A stretch of 64,000 bases of DNA from Auanema rhodensis (lineage: Eukaryota > Animalia > Nematoda). Where the stretch lies: positions 15,376,001-15,440,000 of the forward strand of contig OZ059897.1 in NCBI GenBank assembly GCA_964057225.1, written 5' to 3'. Shown one piece after another: positions 48,083 through 60,808 of the stretch. Position numbers and translations under genes: made by a program. The notes beneath the pieces are model-generated. The model saw only the letters and a list, made by a program, of their open reading frames with translations, ran no database searches and was not told where the DNA came from. The stretch's first letter is position 1. Each line of letters opens with the position of its first letter.

Positions 48083-49137
48083 ATGCGTTTAATTCTTATT
48101 TTATTTTTCTTATATCATAAAGCATTAACGGTAATTAATAATTTCTAATTAATAGTAAAAAGAAAAATTAAATTTATAGGCAAGTTATGAATATTCTGGA
48201 GATTTTTCACAACCAACTACCACTAACCAAATGAATTGTTTAATTGCCAATGCATATGGAACTATGCTATTTAGGTTTTCCTTTAATTTTTATTTTATCG
48301 AATTTGTTTTTTGATTTTAAAAAATCTTAAAAAATTATATTTAAAGAGGATATTCTTCCACTAGCGGTGGCATCTTCGATCACAATATATGTATTAATAT
48401 GAATAATGCTGATGAAGGTTTTTATCAAAAAAATAATTTTTCTTGAAACCTTAATTGAAATTTTAAGTTGGACTTGATTATGAAGTTTATATGGAACCAA
48501 ATCAAACATTATCTAAAACAGCTAATGAACAATTTCTTGAACTTTATAAAGGAATATCATCATGTTCTAAATATAATCGACGTTTTTGGATAAAGGTAAA
48601 TTATATTAAATATTTTATATTTTAAATATTATTAAAGGTCACATTATCTGGATCTTGGAATCAAAATATAACAACTAATATACAGTTTATTCAAGATCTT
48701 CGACAACAAATTAAAGTTTCATATTCTCATCAAAATATATTTGAATTATGGTTATTCAGAATGTCAGCAATAAAACTGCTGTTGGTATTCATACTAATGC
48801 CAAAGATTGGAAGAAAATTACAGGAGGCTGGACTAAGCCAGCTGAAGAAGGAGATTCTTTATGGTTGAAACTACAGATTTATGGTAAACATTTTATTATT
48901 TTCTCTTTCAGGTATTGGGACTATTTTGCTCCAACATTGACATTCATCGATTACAAAGCTTTTGGTGGTTGGGAAGTTCCTGAATTCAAACAATATCGTG
49001 TAAAGGATACAGAATGTGGAATTAGCATGAACAAGTAATCCTTTTTCATTTCTTTAAATTTTTTAAAATTTTATTTTTATTTATGGATGTTTATTAATAT
49101 ATTTTTTGATATTTTCAGAGATAGCCGTCTTGTCTGA
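48083..49137 (+). CDS. Second nematode protist-type (GH25-like) lysozyme, divergently transcribed
   Basis: Signal peptide, YSGDFS, FRGY, EVYMEP, FWIKVT, VGIHT..DW..ITGGW, LWYW, FGGW..P..KQY. Confidence 0.88.
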
Positions 49138-50462
49138 ATTATTTGAAATAAGCAAATTTCTGTTTTTAATAATGTTTGTATAATTTTTTTTGTTAATCTA
49201 TATGCATATATATATATGTATTTATGTATTCTATATTGTCAATTTCAAATACAATCACTATATGTGGAAAGCGAGTGCGTCATTTCAATTTCCAAAGTAT
49301 TTATAATAGTATTCATGTGAACATGTATTTGAAATCATCTTTTACTTTGTTTGCTTTATGAATAATGAATAATAGTTTTTATTAGTTTTATCATATTTGA
49401 GAAAAGTTTAAATGATATTTGTATGTTCATATATATTCTCTTTTTTTTTATTTTATATATACATATGTATAATATTAAAATATTATATTTATTAAAAAGT
49501 CAATAGGTATCCCAGATCAGGTCACCTAAGCAACTGAAAAGCTTTATTGGATTTTCTCGTATATGCTATTCGTTTTCATATATTTAAGTTCAAAAAGTTA
49601 TATTCTTTCCGAAATATAACTAAAAGGGTGTTATACAGACTATTATATTATATAAATTATCTATTGATAACAATATATACCCTTTATACCTTCACTATCA
49701 TTAAATATACATTCTGTACTAAAGTATATTGAAACATATACTTTTCTAATTCTAAAAAGAAAGTTAATGTTATATTATTATTTTATTAATTTGTATATTA
49801 TATGTTATTTGTTTGAAATATCAATCAAATTAATTTTTCTTTAATTTCACGACTTTTACTTTGTTTACATATTAATTTTTCCATAATTTAATAAATTGTA
49901 TAATACATATTTAAATATATTATATAATATATTTATATTTATATATTGGTCCATTAATTTAAAATAAAATTTTAATCTTTTTTTCTCTAAAATATTCTTT
50001 GACTTTAAGGTTTCTAATTCGTTATCATGCGACAATGATAAAACATCATTTTTTCATTTTCAACCGCAAGAAAAAATAAAAAGAATTATATATTTCTATT
50101 CAAAATATATAAAATATTCTTAAATATATATAATTTTATAAGTTTAACTAACTTTTTTTCTATTTTAATATCAAATATATTATGATGATGTCATCTATGA
50201 TTTTACATTGAATTTTCCGTTTAAACTTTCATCAGTAATCTTCATTAATCCAACTATACATGTATCATTATATTCATTGTACTTTATAAATAATGTATCA
50301 ATTGATCAGATTTGATATATAATTGAATTTTAAACAACAAAATTATAAATACGATTCACTTTATTATAATATATTTAAATTATATTTATTTGTACTTTTC
50401 TAATGTATTAATAATATTTAAACTAAATAAGATATAACTATTTATATCTAATTTTAGGATTC

Positions 50463-50876
50463 ATGGTCTATACTTATAGATGGGGAAACCGAACTAGAAC
50501 ATCTATACCATTGGTGTCATATTCTGTTATTATTAAATTATTTGCATTTTTTGTATTTTTATTCATATTTTACTCATTTTATATTCATGGCAATGGTTAT
50601 CTTAATTATATGACTCAAGGTATAGTCATCTTTTTTTTTCTATATTTTTAAATCTTATTTTCAGTTTCAAAATTAAATCTGAATAATGCTTATCGTGTAA
50701 AAATTGAAAAGTCGAATCCGAAGGTCTCAATTATTCTCCAAAAACCCTCGCATTCAACTTCTACTACTTTACCCACAATATCATCAACAGAAACTACGTT
50801 GAAACCAGAAGAACCTAGTTCTACGTTTGAAACTACCACAGCATCTCAATCAACAACCACAACAACAGCAACAACC

Positions 50877-50925
<49 letters not shown>

Positions 50926-52712
50926 CTCCAGCTCCAGTTATTAAACCATTCCAAAAAAGGAAAGAGACTCAACATGTAGATTGTGCAAGAGCATTAGTTG
51001 GAGACAAGGTAAATAATGAAATTCAGCCTGATTATATTCATATATTTAAGAATTATATGGCTGAAATTGCCAAAAATAGACCGATAATTGTAGCAGATCC
51101 TGAGATTCAGTCGCTGGAAAGCTGTGAAATACTGAAGAAGAGGATTTTACCACCTGTAAAACAAAAGCCACTTGGATTTGGAGTAGCTTTTGCTCGTATT
51201 GTTTATAAGGTAAAATTTTGGAAAATAAATTAGGCTTTATGTACAATAATTATTGAATTTTTAGGATTATTTATTTATTGAAGATGAACTACGTTCATTA
51301 TTCCATCCTGAAAATGTTTTCTGTTTCTCAATTGATAAAAAGGCCACACCCGAGTTTCACGTGCGTATCAAACAGTTGAGCTCATGCTTTGAAAATGTTA
51401 TCATAACACCAGGTTAATCGGATAATTTAAATATATAAATATAGATAGATATAGAGATAGATAGATGTATGAATTGTAGATAATTAATATTTTCAGATGA
51501 ATTCAATATTGATAATGCGGGACATTTTATGAATCATGCCCATCATGAATGTCTACAACTTATAACTAAGATGCCATCGTGGCAATATGTTATCTTATTA
51601 CAAGTAAAATTTAATTTTGTTATTCATTTCGATATCTTTATTATATAGAATCATGATGTTATAACAAAGAATGTTTATGATTTATCAAAAATTTATCAAG
51701 AACTAGGAGGAGCAAATGATGCTGAGTTAACTTCTTGTCCTGGTGGACGCATCAATAATTCTTTATCCTTTGACGCAAAAACTTTAAAGTTTTTCCGAGA
51801 TGGTTAGTTAATCTTAATTTTTAATTAACATTCTTTAAAAACTTTTAGAGTCCAAGGCAACCCCTAGACAATTAAATGCAACGCTTCAGTTTGCAAAAGG
51901 AGCAACTCAGGTGCGGAGTTGATAACAAACAGTTGAAGAATTATCTAATTTCAGGTATCACTGTGTCGTGCCGCAGTGGAATGGCTCATAAATACTGTCG
52001 ATATGACTATTGTAATAGAATATATAAATCAAATGGTATATGAAAAATGAATTTATTTATATTAAAAATTGTCTTATTTTAGAGTTTTGGTGTAGATGAA
52101 ATACTTATGCTTACTCTTCAAAATTCAGAAGATTTCGGAATGCCAGGGCATTTTACTAGTGAATGCTTGAAACAAGGAATATTCACAGATTTTATCAGTC
52201 GGTAAGTTAAATAAAAAGTAAAATTAATTAAAAATTAATGTATTTTATAGAATGTCTCATTGGGAATATTCGAGTGATAACAACTGTGCAACGAAAAAAA
52301 CTCGTCATTCCATCTGTTTGTTAGGACTTGAAGATTTAGAAACTTTAGCAATTTATCCGAATGTAATGGCTAACAAAGTAAGTTTCTTTAATTTGATTAA
52401 AGAAGTTTTAAAGTTTTACTGTGTTTGTTTTTCTAATAAAACAAGTTTTGTTTTAGTTCTTACCAGATTTTGATTATGCTGGTGTTGACTGCTTACATGA
52501 AATGTTGTATAATCAAACATATCTGGGTCAAGAAAGCAAATATGATTTCACATATTATCAGCAAATGGCTTCTGTAAGTTAAACATGTTTGAAATATTTT
52601 TTATTTTCTATTATTATAGGTTCGTTATCATAAAGCTTTGATGAAAGATCCTAATGCTAAACCTATCTGTGATGATCATTTCCGATGGAAGGATATCAAA
52701 TATCCTTCATAA
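50463..52712 (+). CDS. Core-2/I-branching beta-1,6-GlcNAc transferase family (GT14, GLY-type), type II membrane protein with Thr-rich stem
   Basis: N-terminal TM; poly-Thr stem; VAFARIVYKDY, HPENVFCFSIDKKA, WQYVILLQNHD, FAKGATQVSL, GVDE, RHSICLLG, ANK. Confidence 0.92.
50851..50926 (+). repeat. Coding (ACA)n trinucleotide repeat encoding a poly-Thr stem
   Basis: Long ACA run within a glycosyltransferase exon. Confidence 0.92.
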
Positions 52713-53570
52713 TAGAAATGAAATCTATAGCAATATTCTCAGAAAAGCCATAAATGAGCAATGTGTTATAAGATGTTATACTTGTTTTTGTTTTTATTTA
52801 ATAATAATAATAATGATGGGTAATTTAAAAAAATAAAAATTTTATTATGTTTAAAGTATACAAAATACAAAAAAATGTATATATAGTTTGATTTAATATA
52901 ATACTAAAGTAAAACTTAATATCTGAGAGAGCGACAGAAATACTACCCCATTCGCAAACCATTCCCAGATTATATAACAATATTTTAGCGTCATACTGTA
53001 AACTAAATTTGTTTACAACAGATTTATGGAAGAGCAAGAGATAGAGAACTTGACCTAATATAGGCCAGTCTACTCTGTAGTTCCTTTGATCTGCTCTATA
53101 TCTCAACTGATCATCATATTTTGACATTATGCATCTGTATTAATCTTTGAGTTTCTAACTATCAAGAGCAAAAAAGTTATTGACCTGACCTTCACATTTA
53201 TTATTATTAATCGTGTACTTGTAACAGGTAAGTTCACGTTTAAAAGAGAAAATAAAACTGGTACAAATAAAACAATAAAACTAAAAAATAAATATCTTGA
53301 TAAAAAATAAATTACTCGAGGAACATACTAGAATTGAGTTTTCCCGTGGATAATACACAGACTACGGAAAAAGGCACAGTGGAAAGGTGCAATATATAAG
53401 GCGCCTGGTGTGGGGGTGGAAATAACAGAAGTATTTAACAATGAGAATGATCTTCCATAAAAGGAAGTATATAACAACCCAAAACTGATAACGTGAAACG
53501 AATAAACAATTTCAGAGACGGCGAATTTCAGGGCAAAGAGAAGGTAGGTCCGATTTCAATCCAAGGAAAT

Positions 53571-56500
53571 TTACCAGCGGCGGTTTCCTCCCCAAGCTCC
53601 ACCAACGGTTTGAGCTGGAGCAGCAACACCCATATCTGGGAATTGCTCCATATCCATTTGCCATGGAGCATTGCTGATCTGGACATTGGTCTGTTGTCTT
53701 TGTTGAGTTGCTTCTGGAGCACGTTGGACACGGTAAGCATCACGATCTTGGTTCTCTTCGAGCCATTTCTCTTCCTCATCACGGAGATGGTCAAGGCAAT
53801 CGTAAACATCATCTTCGATGCGTCCACAAACAACAACGAGGTTAGGATCAGCAGCATTTTCGCGTGGGAAACGAATCTCAACAGAGAACTTCTCCATCAT
53901 CTGCAAACAACATGTCAACAAAATTATACTTAACAGTAAAACATACAGTCTTCAAGTTCTTTCCGCGAGCTCCAATAAGACGTGGGTGACAACGGCTATC
54001 GATTTGGATTTCTTGAGTGAACATGGAGCGAATATCTTCGATGATAGCTTCAATAGCAGAAGCACAAGCGCGGGCATTATCTTCCTTTCCTTGGATGGTG
54101 ATCTTGTCACTGACTTCCTCATTACGTGGCATGCTGATTTGAACATCATGTTTATCACGGAGGTTGTTGATGACGGAACCCTTAGGTCCGATGATACGTT
54201 GATGGTACTCAGCAGGAACTTCAATGACAACTTGGAATGACTTGAGTCTCTGAACATAAGAAATAAATACAAATACATTTCCCAAAAATGCTTACTCTTT
54301 CTTCGGCTTCAGCTTCATATTGCTTCATCTTCTCACGGATATCCTCAAAAGCTGCCTCAACATTCTCAACCTGTCCAGTAATAACGATCTCATCAGAGAC
54401 ATTATCCTTAGGGATGGAAATGTTGACATCATGGTCTTGCATCATCTTGCGAACAGTCTCTCCTCCGCGACCAATGAGCATTTTGTGAGCATCGGTAGGG
54501 ACATTGATAACACGTTGGATAGGAACAAGAGCTAAAAGATCAGTCTTGGCCTCCTCGCAGCGGGTATCACGTCCAGCGATTGTAACAACATCAGGGTTGG
54601 CATTCTCATCGGTTTCGCCTTCCTTTCTTCTGTCTGGGAAACGGATTTGAACTCTATGCTTGGTCTGGAGGTCATGGATCTTCTGTCCACGATTGGAGAG
54701 AAGAGCACGGTGATATTGGCTTGGGATTTCGACCTTGAGAGTAACCTGGTTCTCCTACAAATTCAATACAAATTTAAACAGAACGTGAAACAATATAACA
54801 TACGATGTCATCGATTATATCTTCAATGCGAGCCTTGGCCGACTCAACACATTGCTTGGATCCCTTGATGGAAACATTGTTTCCTTCTTTGGGGAAAGAA
54901 ATTCTAACTCCACCATTCTGGTCTTGAATCTCCTTGAGGATAGCAGCTCCGCGAATAAGGAAGTGTTTGTGGTGCTTGGATTCGATTTCCATCTATACAG
55001 AAAGTCTTATATAATCAACGATGTACTTGTATTTACCTGGATCTCAACAGTCTCGTTCAACTCCTTGATAGCATCTTCAAGCTCCTTCTTAACCTTGATA
55101 ACACAATCCTTCTTTCCAAGAAGATGGATTTTCTCTTGATCGGCATCAGATTCTCTTGGGAACATAACGCGGACATCATAGTTCTCACGAAGCTTAAACA
55201 TATTTAATTAAAGAAAGAACGGAGCATATAATTTTACCTTGTTGATCTTAGATCCTCCCTTTCCAATTAAGAACTTGTGATATTCTGGTTTAGCGGTGAC
55301 AGTGTCCTCAAGAAGATCTTGTTCCTTATCCTTAACAAGGGCAGCCAAAAGCTTTTCAGCCTTGGCAGCATCTTCCTTGGGACCACGAACAGTAACCTTG
55401 GTAGATTCGGACTTCTCGGATGGGAACTTGATTTGAACGCCTCCACATTCGGATTCGATGTCGCTAACGAGGCGACGACCACATCCCAAAAGACGGGCTT
55501 GAACCTTGGTGGGAACGTCCAACTCAATGTTTACAATGTTGGCAAGCTCGTTTTGGATCTTGTTCAATTGTTCGATAGCCTTCTCAACATTCTTTTGTTT
55601 TCCGGTGACGGTGATCTTGTCTTCTCCAGAGTTACCATCAGGAAGATCAATTCTGGTTTGAGTCTCTTCTCTGATTCTGCGGATAGTAGCTCCACCCTTT
55701 CCAATAATATTCTTATGGAACTCCTTGAAAATAGGGACCATTTGTTGGTAGTTGTTTTCGTTGAGCTCCTTGACGATGTTAACAAGAATCTTGTGAACCT
55801 TTTCAACATCATTTTTGTCACCACGAATGTTAACAATATCGGATTTCTTGTTAGTATCAGGGAAAGAAAGAGTCTAAAAAAATATGCATAAGTTTAAAAC
55901 TTAATATGATTTCTTACAATATTAGGGAATTGGTCACGGATCTTACCAACTTCTGATCCCTTGGTTCCAATGATCATCTTGTGAAGACGTTGCTCAATGA
56001 TAATGTCCTTAGACTTCTCATTTTCCTTAAAAATAATAATTGTGTAAACAGTTAATCACGAGGTAATCGTACAATCTTGGAAACAATAGCTCTAATTTCT
56101 TGAACAGCCTTCTTAACTCCATCCTTCTTTCCTTCGACGGTAATTTCATCAGATCCAGTATCCTCATTAGGGATGACGATCTGAACTCCACTTTCAACCT
56201 TGATTTTAGAAACTAAAAGTATAAGAATGATTTTAAAAAAGGCGATGTCTACACTTACTCAAAGCACCTCCTTTTCCGATGACATGCCTATGAAGAGATG
56301 GGTGAACCTTGATCTTGTCAATTCCCATCTCATTCTGCAAACGGTTGACCTCTTTAGTAAGAGTATCGAAAGCGGGCTGAAAAAATACTCATGTATGATC
56401 GTAAACAAGCAAAAGATTTACGTTGAGCTCTTCAGGAGATCCCTCAAGGTAGATGCTGTTTCCATCAAACTCGATCTGAACATTAGCTCTGTTTGGTACA

Positions 56501-58117
56501 AGAGTTCCCAAAGTAGATCCCTTTGGTCCGATGAGGTGCTTGTGAAGCCAGTTGGGGCAGTCAATAGCTTTGGAAATTCTGGAGGTGGCTCTACGAACAA
56601 CGAGAGCCATAGCCTCAGAAAACTTGGTAGGGTCTCCACGAAGAATGATTTCATCCTTTTCTTCTTCTTCAGCTGGGAGTTCGACAATGACTTCAGTGTC
56701 CTTAAGGATCTGATGAATTCCACTGTGTTGAGGTCCACGGATGTAGCGATGTTGTGTGTATGGAACATTGATGGCAATGTGAGTAGTGTTTCTCTATAAC
56801 AAACGACGATATGATAATTAAAAAGTACTTATTTACCTTTTGAACAACAATATTGCGGATGAAAGCGGCAGTCTTAGTGACTCCTTCCTTCTCTCCGGTA
56901 ACAGTAATAACCTCGCTTTCAGCGTCCTTTGGAGGGATGTTAATTTTTACTTTGTGTTCAGCAACAAGACTATCGTAGTTCTGATTGAATGGTCCACGAA
57001 CGAAAGGAATAAGATGCTTAGGGCAAACAATAGATTCATGTCCAAGTTTAGCCTAGAAATCATAAGTATAGAAAGTTAGAAAAAAAGAAGCATGGGATTG
57101 AATTAAAAGATAACTCACTTCACGGTCAGAGATAGCCTTAATGGCGGCAGCAGCTTTCTCAATACCATCACGTGGTCCGACGATCTTAATAGTAGATGAC
57201 TCTGAGTCTCTAGATGGGATAGTGATGCGGCAATTGGAGTCACTCTCGAGTTGTTTAAGAGTAGATGCTTCTTTTCCTGTAACGATAAGATAACATGTAT
57301 TTACAAATCAAGCAAAGTATTATTTTTAGAGCATAATATACTTACCTATGATCTTTCCGTGGTGATCCTTGGGGATGTCAATTTCACGGTTAGCCTGTGT
57401 TTGAAGGTCTTTTACCAAGCGGGAGCGAGCTTCCTCGATCTTTCCACGGAGTCCCTTGATAACAACAGTAAGAGATCCATCTCTTGATTCACTGAGTTCG
57501 ATCTTAGTTCCTGTGGCACTGGCAATGTGTTCGCATTTTTTGTGTTCTTCGCTAGTGTTTCCGAAACTCTTAACCTTGTTGGCGCGCTCATCAGAGTTAA
57601 GAACAAAAGTCTTTAATAAGAACATCATTGAAATAACAGTGTCATCAATCAATACCTGAGAAACAGTAGCAGAAGCAACTGGACGAGGACGGTTCCAAGC
57701 TCCAGCAGCGAGAGTCTGTGGAGCACGAGCGGCTGGAAGGGATGGGAAGTCGGACTGATAGTCCATCTGGACAGTGTTTCCGTTTACAGCTGAAAACTTT
57801 ATCATAAAAATTGACGTTTCTATATATTCAGAAATAATGTTTATTCGGGAAAAAGGAGGTCTGGCCGAACCTCAGGATAGGAATAACCCACTAAATAACA
57901 CTCATAATGATGGATTTCTTAGAATCTTGAACTGAAAAAAATCAAGGCAACACTCTTTTCAAACGACCTTGATGACAAAAGACCCCGATTCGAACACGCT
58001 CGCATATACACTTCTTCTGATAGGTTTCACCTACATAAAACTCCACAAGAAATAACGACTATACATACCTTCATTAGATACAGCGGGGGCTTTCTCAAAA
58101 TCCGTTCCGTTTTCCAT
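53571..58117 (-). CDS. vgln-1: Vigilin (HDLBP), multi-KH RNA-binding protein
   Basis: DYQSDFPSL N-terminus and repeated KH GxxG motifs (HKNIIGKGG, HKFLIGKGG, HQRIIGPKG, HPRLIGARG). Ends ...GGAWGGNRRW*. Confidence 0.97.
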
Positions 58118-59676
58118 GATTCGTTAGAATAGATTGGCTCTTCCGGGCTTTTTCCGTAATCCGAAGGCAGGGAGAGAGAGACTGAACCGACTCAGACCAA
58201 TACCTAGGAGTGCAATAGTAAAATAAAGACTGATAACAAAATAGAAAGGTGTACGTGGAAGCTATTCGATACGGTATGATTGACGTGCAAATGGAGGAGC
58301 GTCAACAAGAACATGGGAATATGTATTGCAGGCATGACAGACAGAACTGTTTAGGAAAGAAGAAGATATAGAATAAAAAATAAGAAAAACTTCTAGAACA
58401 CCGAAACAACAGAAAAATCTAGATGAAATCTGATGACGTAGACCTGATTAAGAAGAGCAATGAACGCAAAAAGAAGAAATACTGCGACTAAAGTGCAGAT
58501 TTGTGTAAAATAATGAACCAAGTACATATACTAGCTAAGGAAAAATGATATACTAAAATTTATAAAAGAAGGATAAAAAGCCCAACAGCACAGCAATCGG
58601 ACAGTTTGATAAGTAAGACTGAGTTCGACTGTGGGCCGATAGGCGATACTAGCCAAGGACGTATAGGTCGGGGTCAGGGGTAATTGTTTGCCAGGCAAGA
58701 TCAGACGGACAGTTGAGTAGCGATGAGCACACAGCCTTTTCTTCGTTAAGATCAACACGGAAGAAACTGCATGAATTTGAGAGAAAAAAAAGAAAAGGAA
58801 AACTGACAGCGATAGAACAGACTTGGCATTTCAGTACAGAGATGATGAGGCCGTTCGTAATAGTAACAAAAAGAGATTCCCAGTTAGTAAAAATACATAT
58901 GAGAAAAAAACTGGTAACTGGGCAACAGATATCATAAAAAGGTTTAAAAAATGAAAAAAATATGGATTAAACTGAGGAATGGGAGAGGATGTTGAAGGAG
59001 GGTATAAACAGGAACAGGCAATCATTCAATAATCGCTGTGCAAACTCGAACATCGCTTACAGTATGGTAGACCGCCGCGTGGCAGTATTAACCAAACAAG
59101 TAGTATTTGTTGCCTAGAGTTGGGATCAGCTGAGGTACGTATACTTTTTAACATAAGATAGACGTAAGGAAGATAAGTAACAATAGCAGCTTTCAAAAAA
59201 ATTTGAATATTTTTATTTTAGTATCTACGAAAAACGATGATTAAATCGTATACACTAATAAAAACAAAAGGTAGTAAGTCAGTAACCATTACCTGACAAA
59301 AATAATTATTTTTGATGGAATAACATAAAACACAAGTAAGTTAATATACAAATACAACAAGGCGGGAATGGTAAAACGTTAAGATTTTTAAAGGTCTAAA
59401 CAACTACAAACATTTGGTCCCGTGACGTTTAGCAAACTGCTAGCTTTTTTTTAAACTTTTGTTTAAGCTTTTGCAACATTTAAACATGCATCATTTTTCA
59501 TTGAAAGGACTTTGGAATCTATTTTTTTTTGAAAACGCTGTAACACAGACATTTAAAGAAAACTTTTCAAATAACTATGTGAAACAGATAAAATTTCTCA
59601 TGTAATAAAATCTAAAAAGTTTCTATTGAATAAATTAATAAAATATGACAATATAAATGAAATTTTTAGAAAGCTG

Positions 59677-60808
59677 ATGGATCGACTAAAGCGAAATCCT
59701 GATGTTTTGAATGATTATTCCTCAGAATATGACGACAAGAAAAAAAGAAAAAGAGATGCTGAAGATTATACAAAAGTTGGTTATGCCTGTAATGAGTAAT
59801 ATGTTTATAAGTATAATCAGGAAGGAAAGTCCAAAACAAATGAAGCTGAAAGTGGGAAAATGTTTAGGTAATTAAGGAAGTTTATTTTATTTTCTGTACA
59901 TTGAATATTCAAGACGGATGAATCGCCTGATGACAATGGACGCTTATTCAAGACATAAAGAAATGATTAACCTATACTACTTAAATCATGCCGGAGCATT
60001 AGATAAATTCAAAAGAGATACGTCTAAAGACAAAACTGATTATGACGTTCTTAAGGTTTTCACCTTCTTTTAATGAAACTTGAATGAACATTTAGGATAA
60101 CCACAAATTTTTATGGTCTGCCGAGGATGAAAGCAAAACAACTAGTAGCTGGGAAGCCCGTATGGCTAAAAAATATTACGACAAACTTTTCAAAGGTTAT
60201 ATCATCAAATCTTTTTAACGCAACATCCATTTTTCAGAATACTGCATTGTTGATTTGAGTATGTACCAAAAAAATAAAGTGGGAATGAGATGGCGAATTG
60301 AAAAGGAAGTTTTGAGCGGTAAAGGTCAATTTATTTGTGGAAATAAAAAGTGTGACATTCGAGAAGATTTGACAAGTTGGGAGGTTTGTTGCAAATAATT
60401 TGATTTTAAAATAGAAATATATTCTTAGGTGAATTTTGTGTACGTTGAGCAGAAGGAACGCAAAAATGCATTGGTAAAAGTTAGGCTTTGCCCTAATTGC
60501 TCTGAGCATTTGAACTTTGGAACTAAAAGAAATAAATATGTTAAGAAAAAGAAATCATCAAAATATTCGCAATCAGGCGATAAAGAAAAAGAAAGAAAGG
60601 AAAAGGATGCAGAAACATCGCAAGAGAAGCCATCAAATGATGAAGATCAACAGCCTTCAACAAGTAAGCAAGGTTATTGAAGTTAGATTTTCTAAAGAAA
60701 TTTTTAGGTAATGCGGCGGATGATATATGGCAGAAGCCAATAGTTGTCGAAGCCGATCGAACTGTAGATGACGATATTGATGAATTTCTTGATGAACTGT
60801 TTGATTGA
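59677..60808 (+). CDS. FRA10AC1 homolog (spliceosome-associated)
   Basis: KTDYDVLKDNHKFLW, WEARMAKKYYDKLFKEYCIVDL, GMRWR, GKGQFICGNKKC, SWEVNFVYVE..ERKNALVKVRLCPNC. Confidence 0.95.

Noticed and set aside
53493-56799. Long plus-strand ORFs (146, 140, 204 and 199 aa) opposite vigilin, and similar ones opposite cdc-48
   Set aside because: Antisense shadows of codon-biased coding exons with no recognisable protein features.
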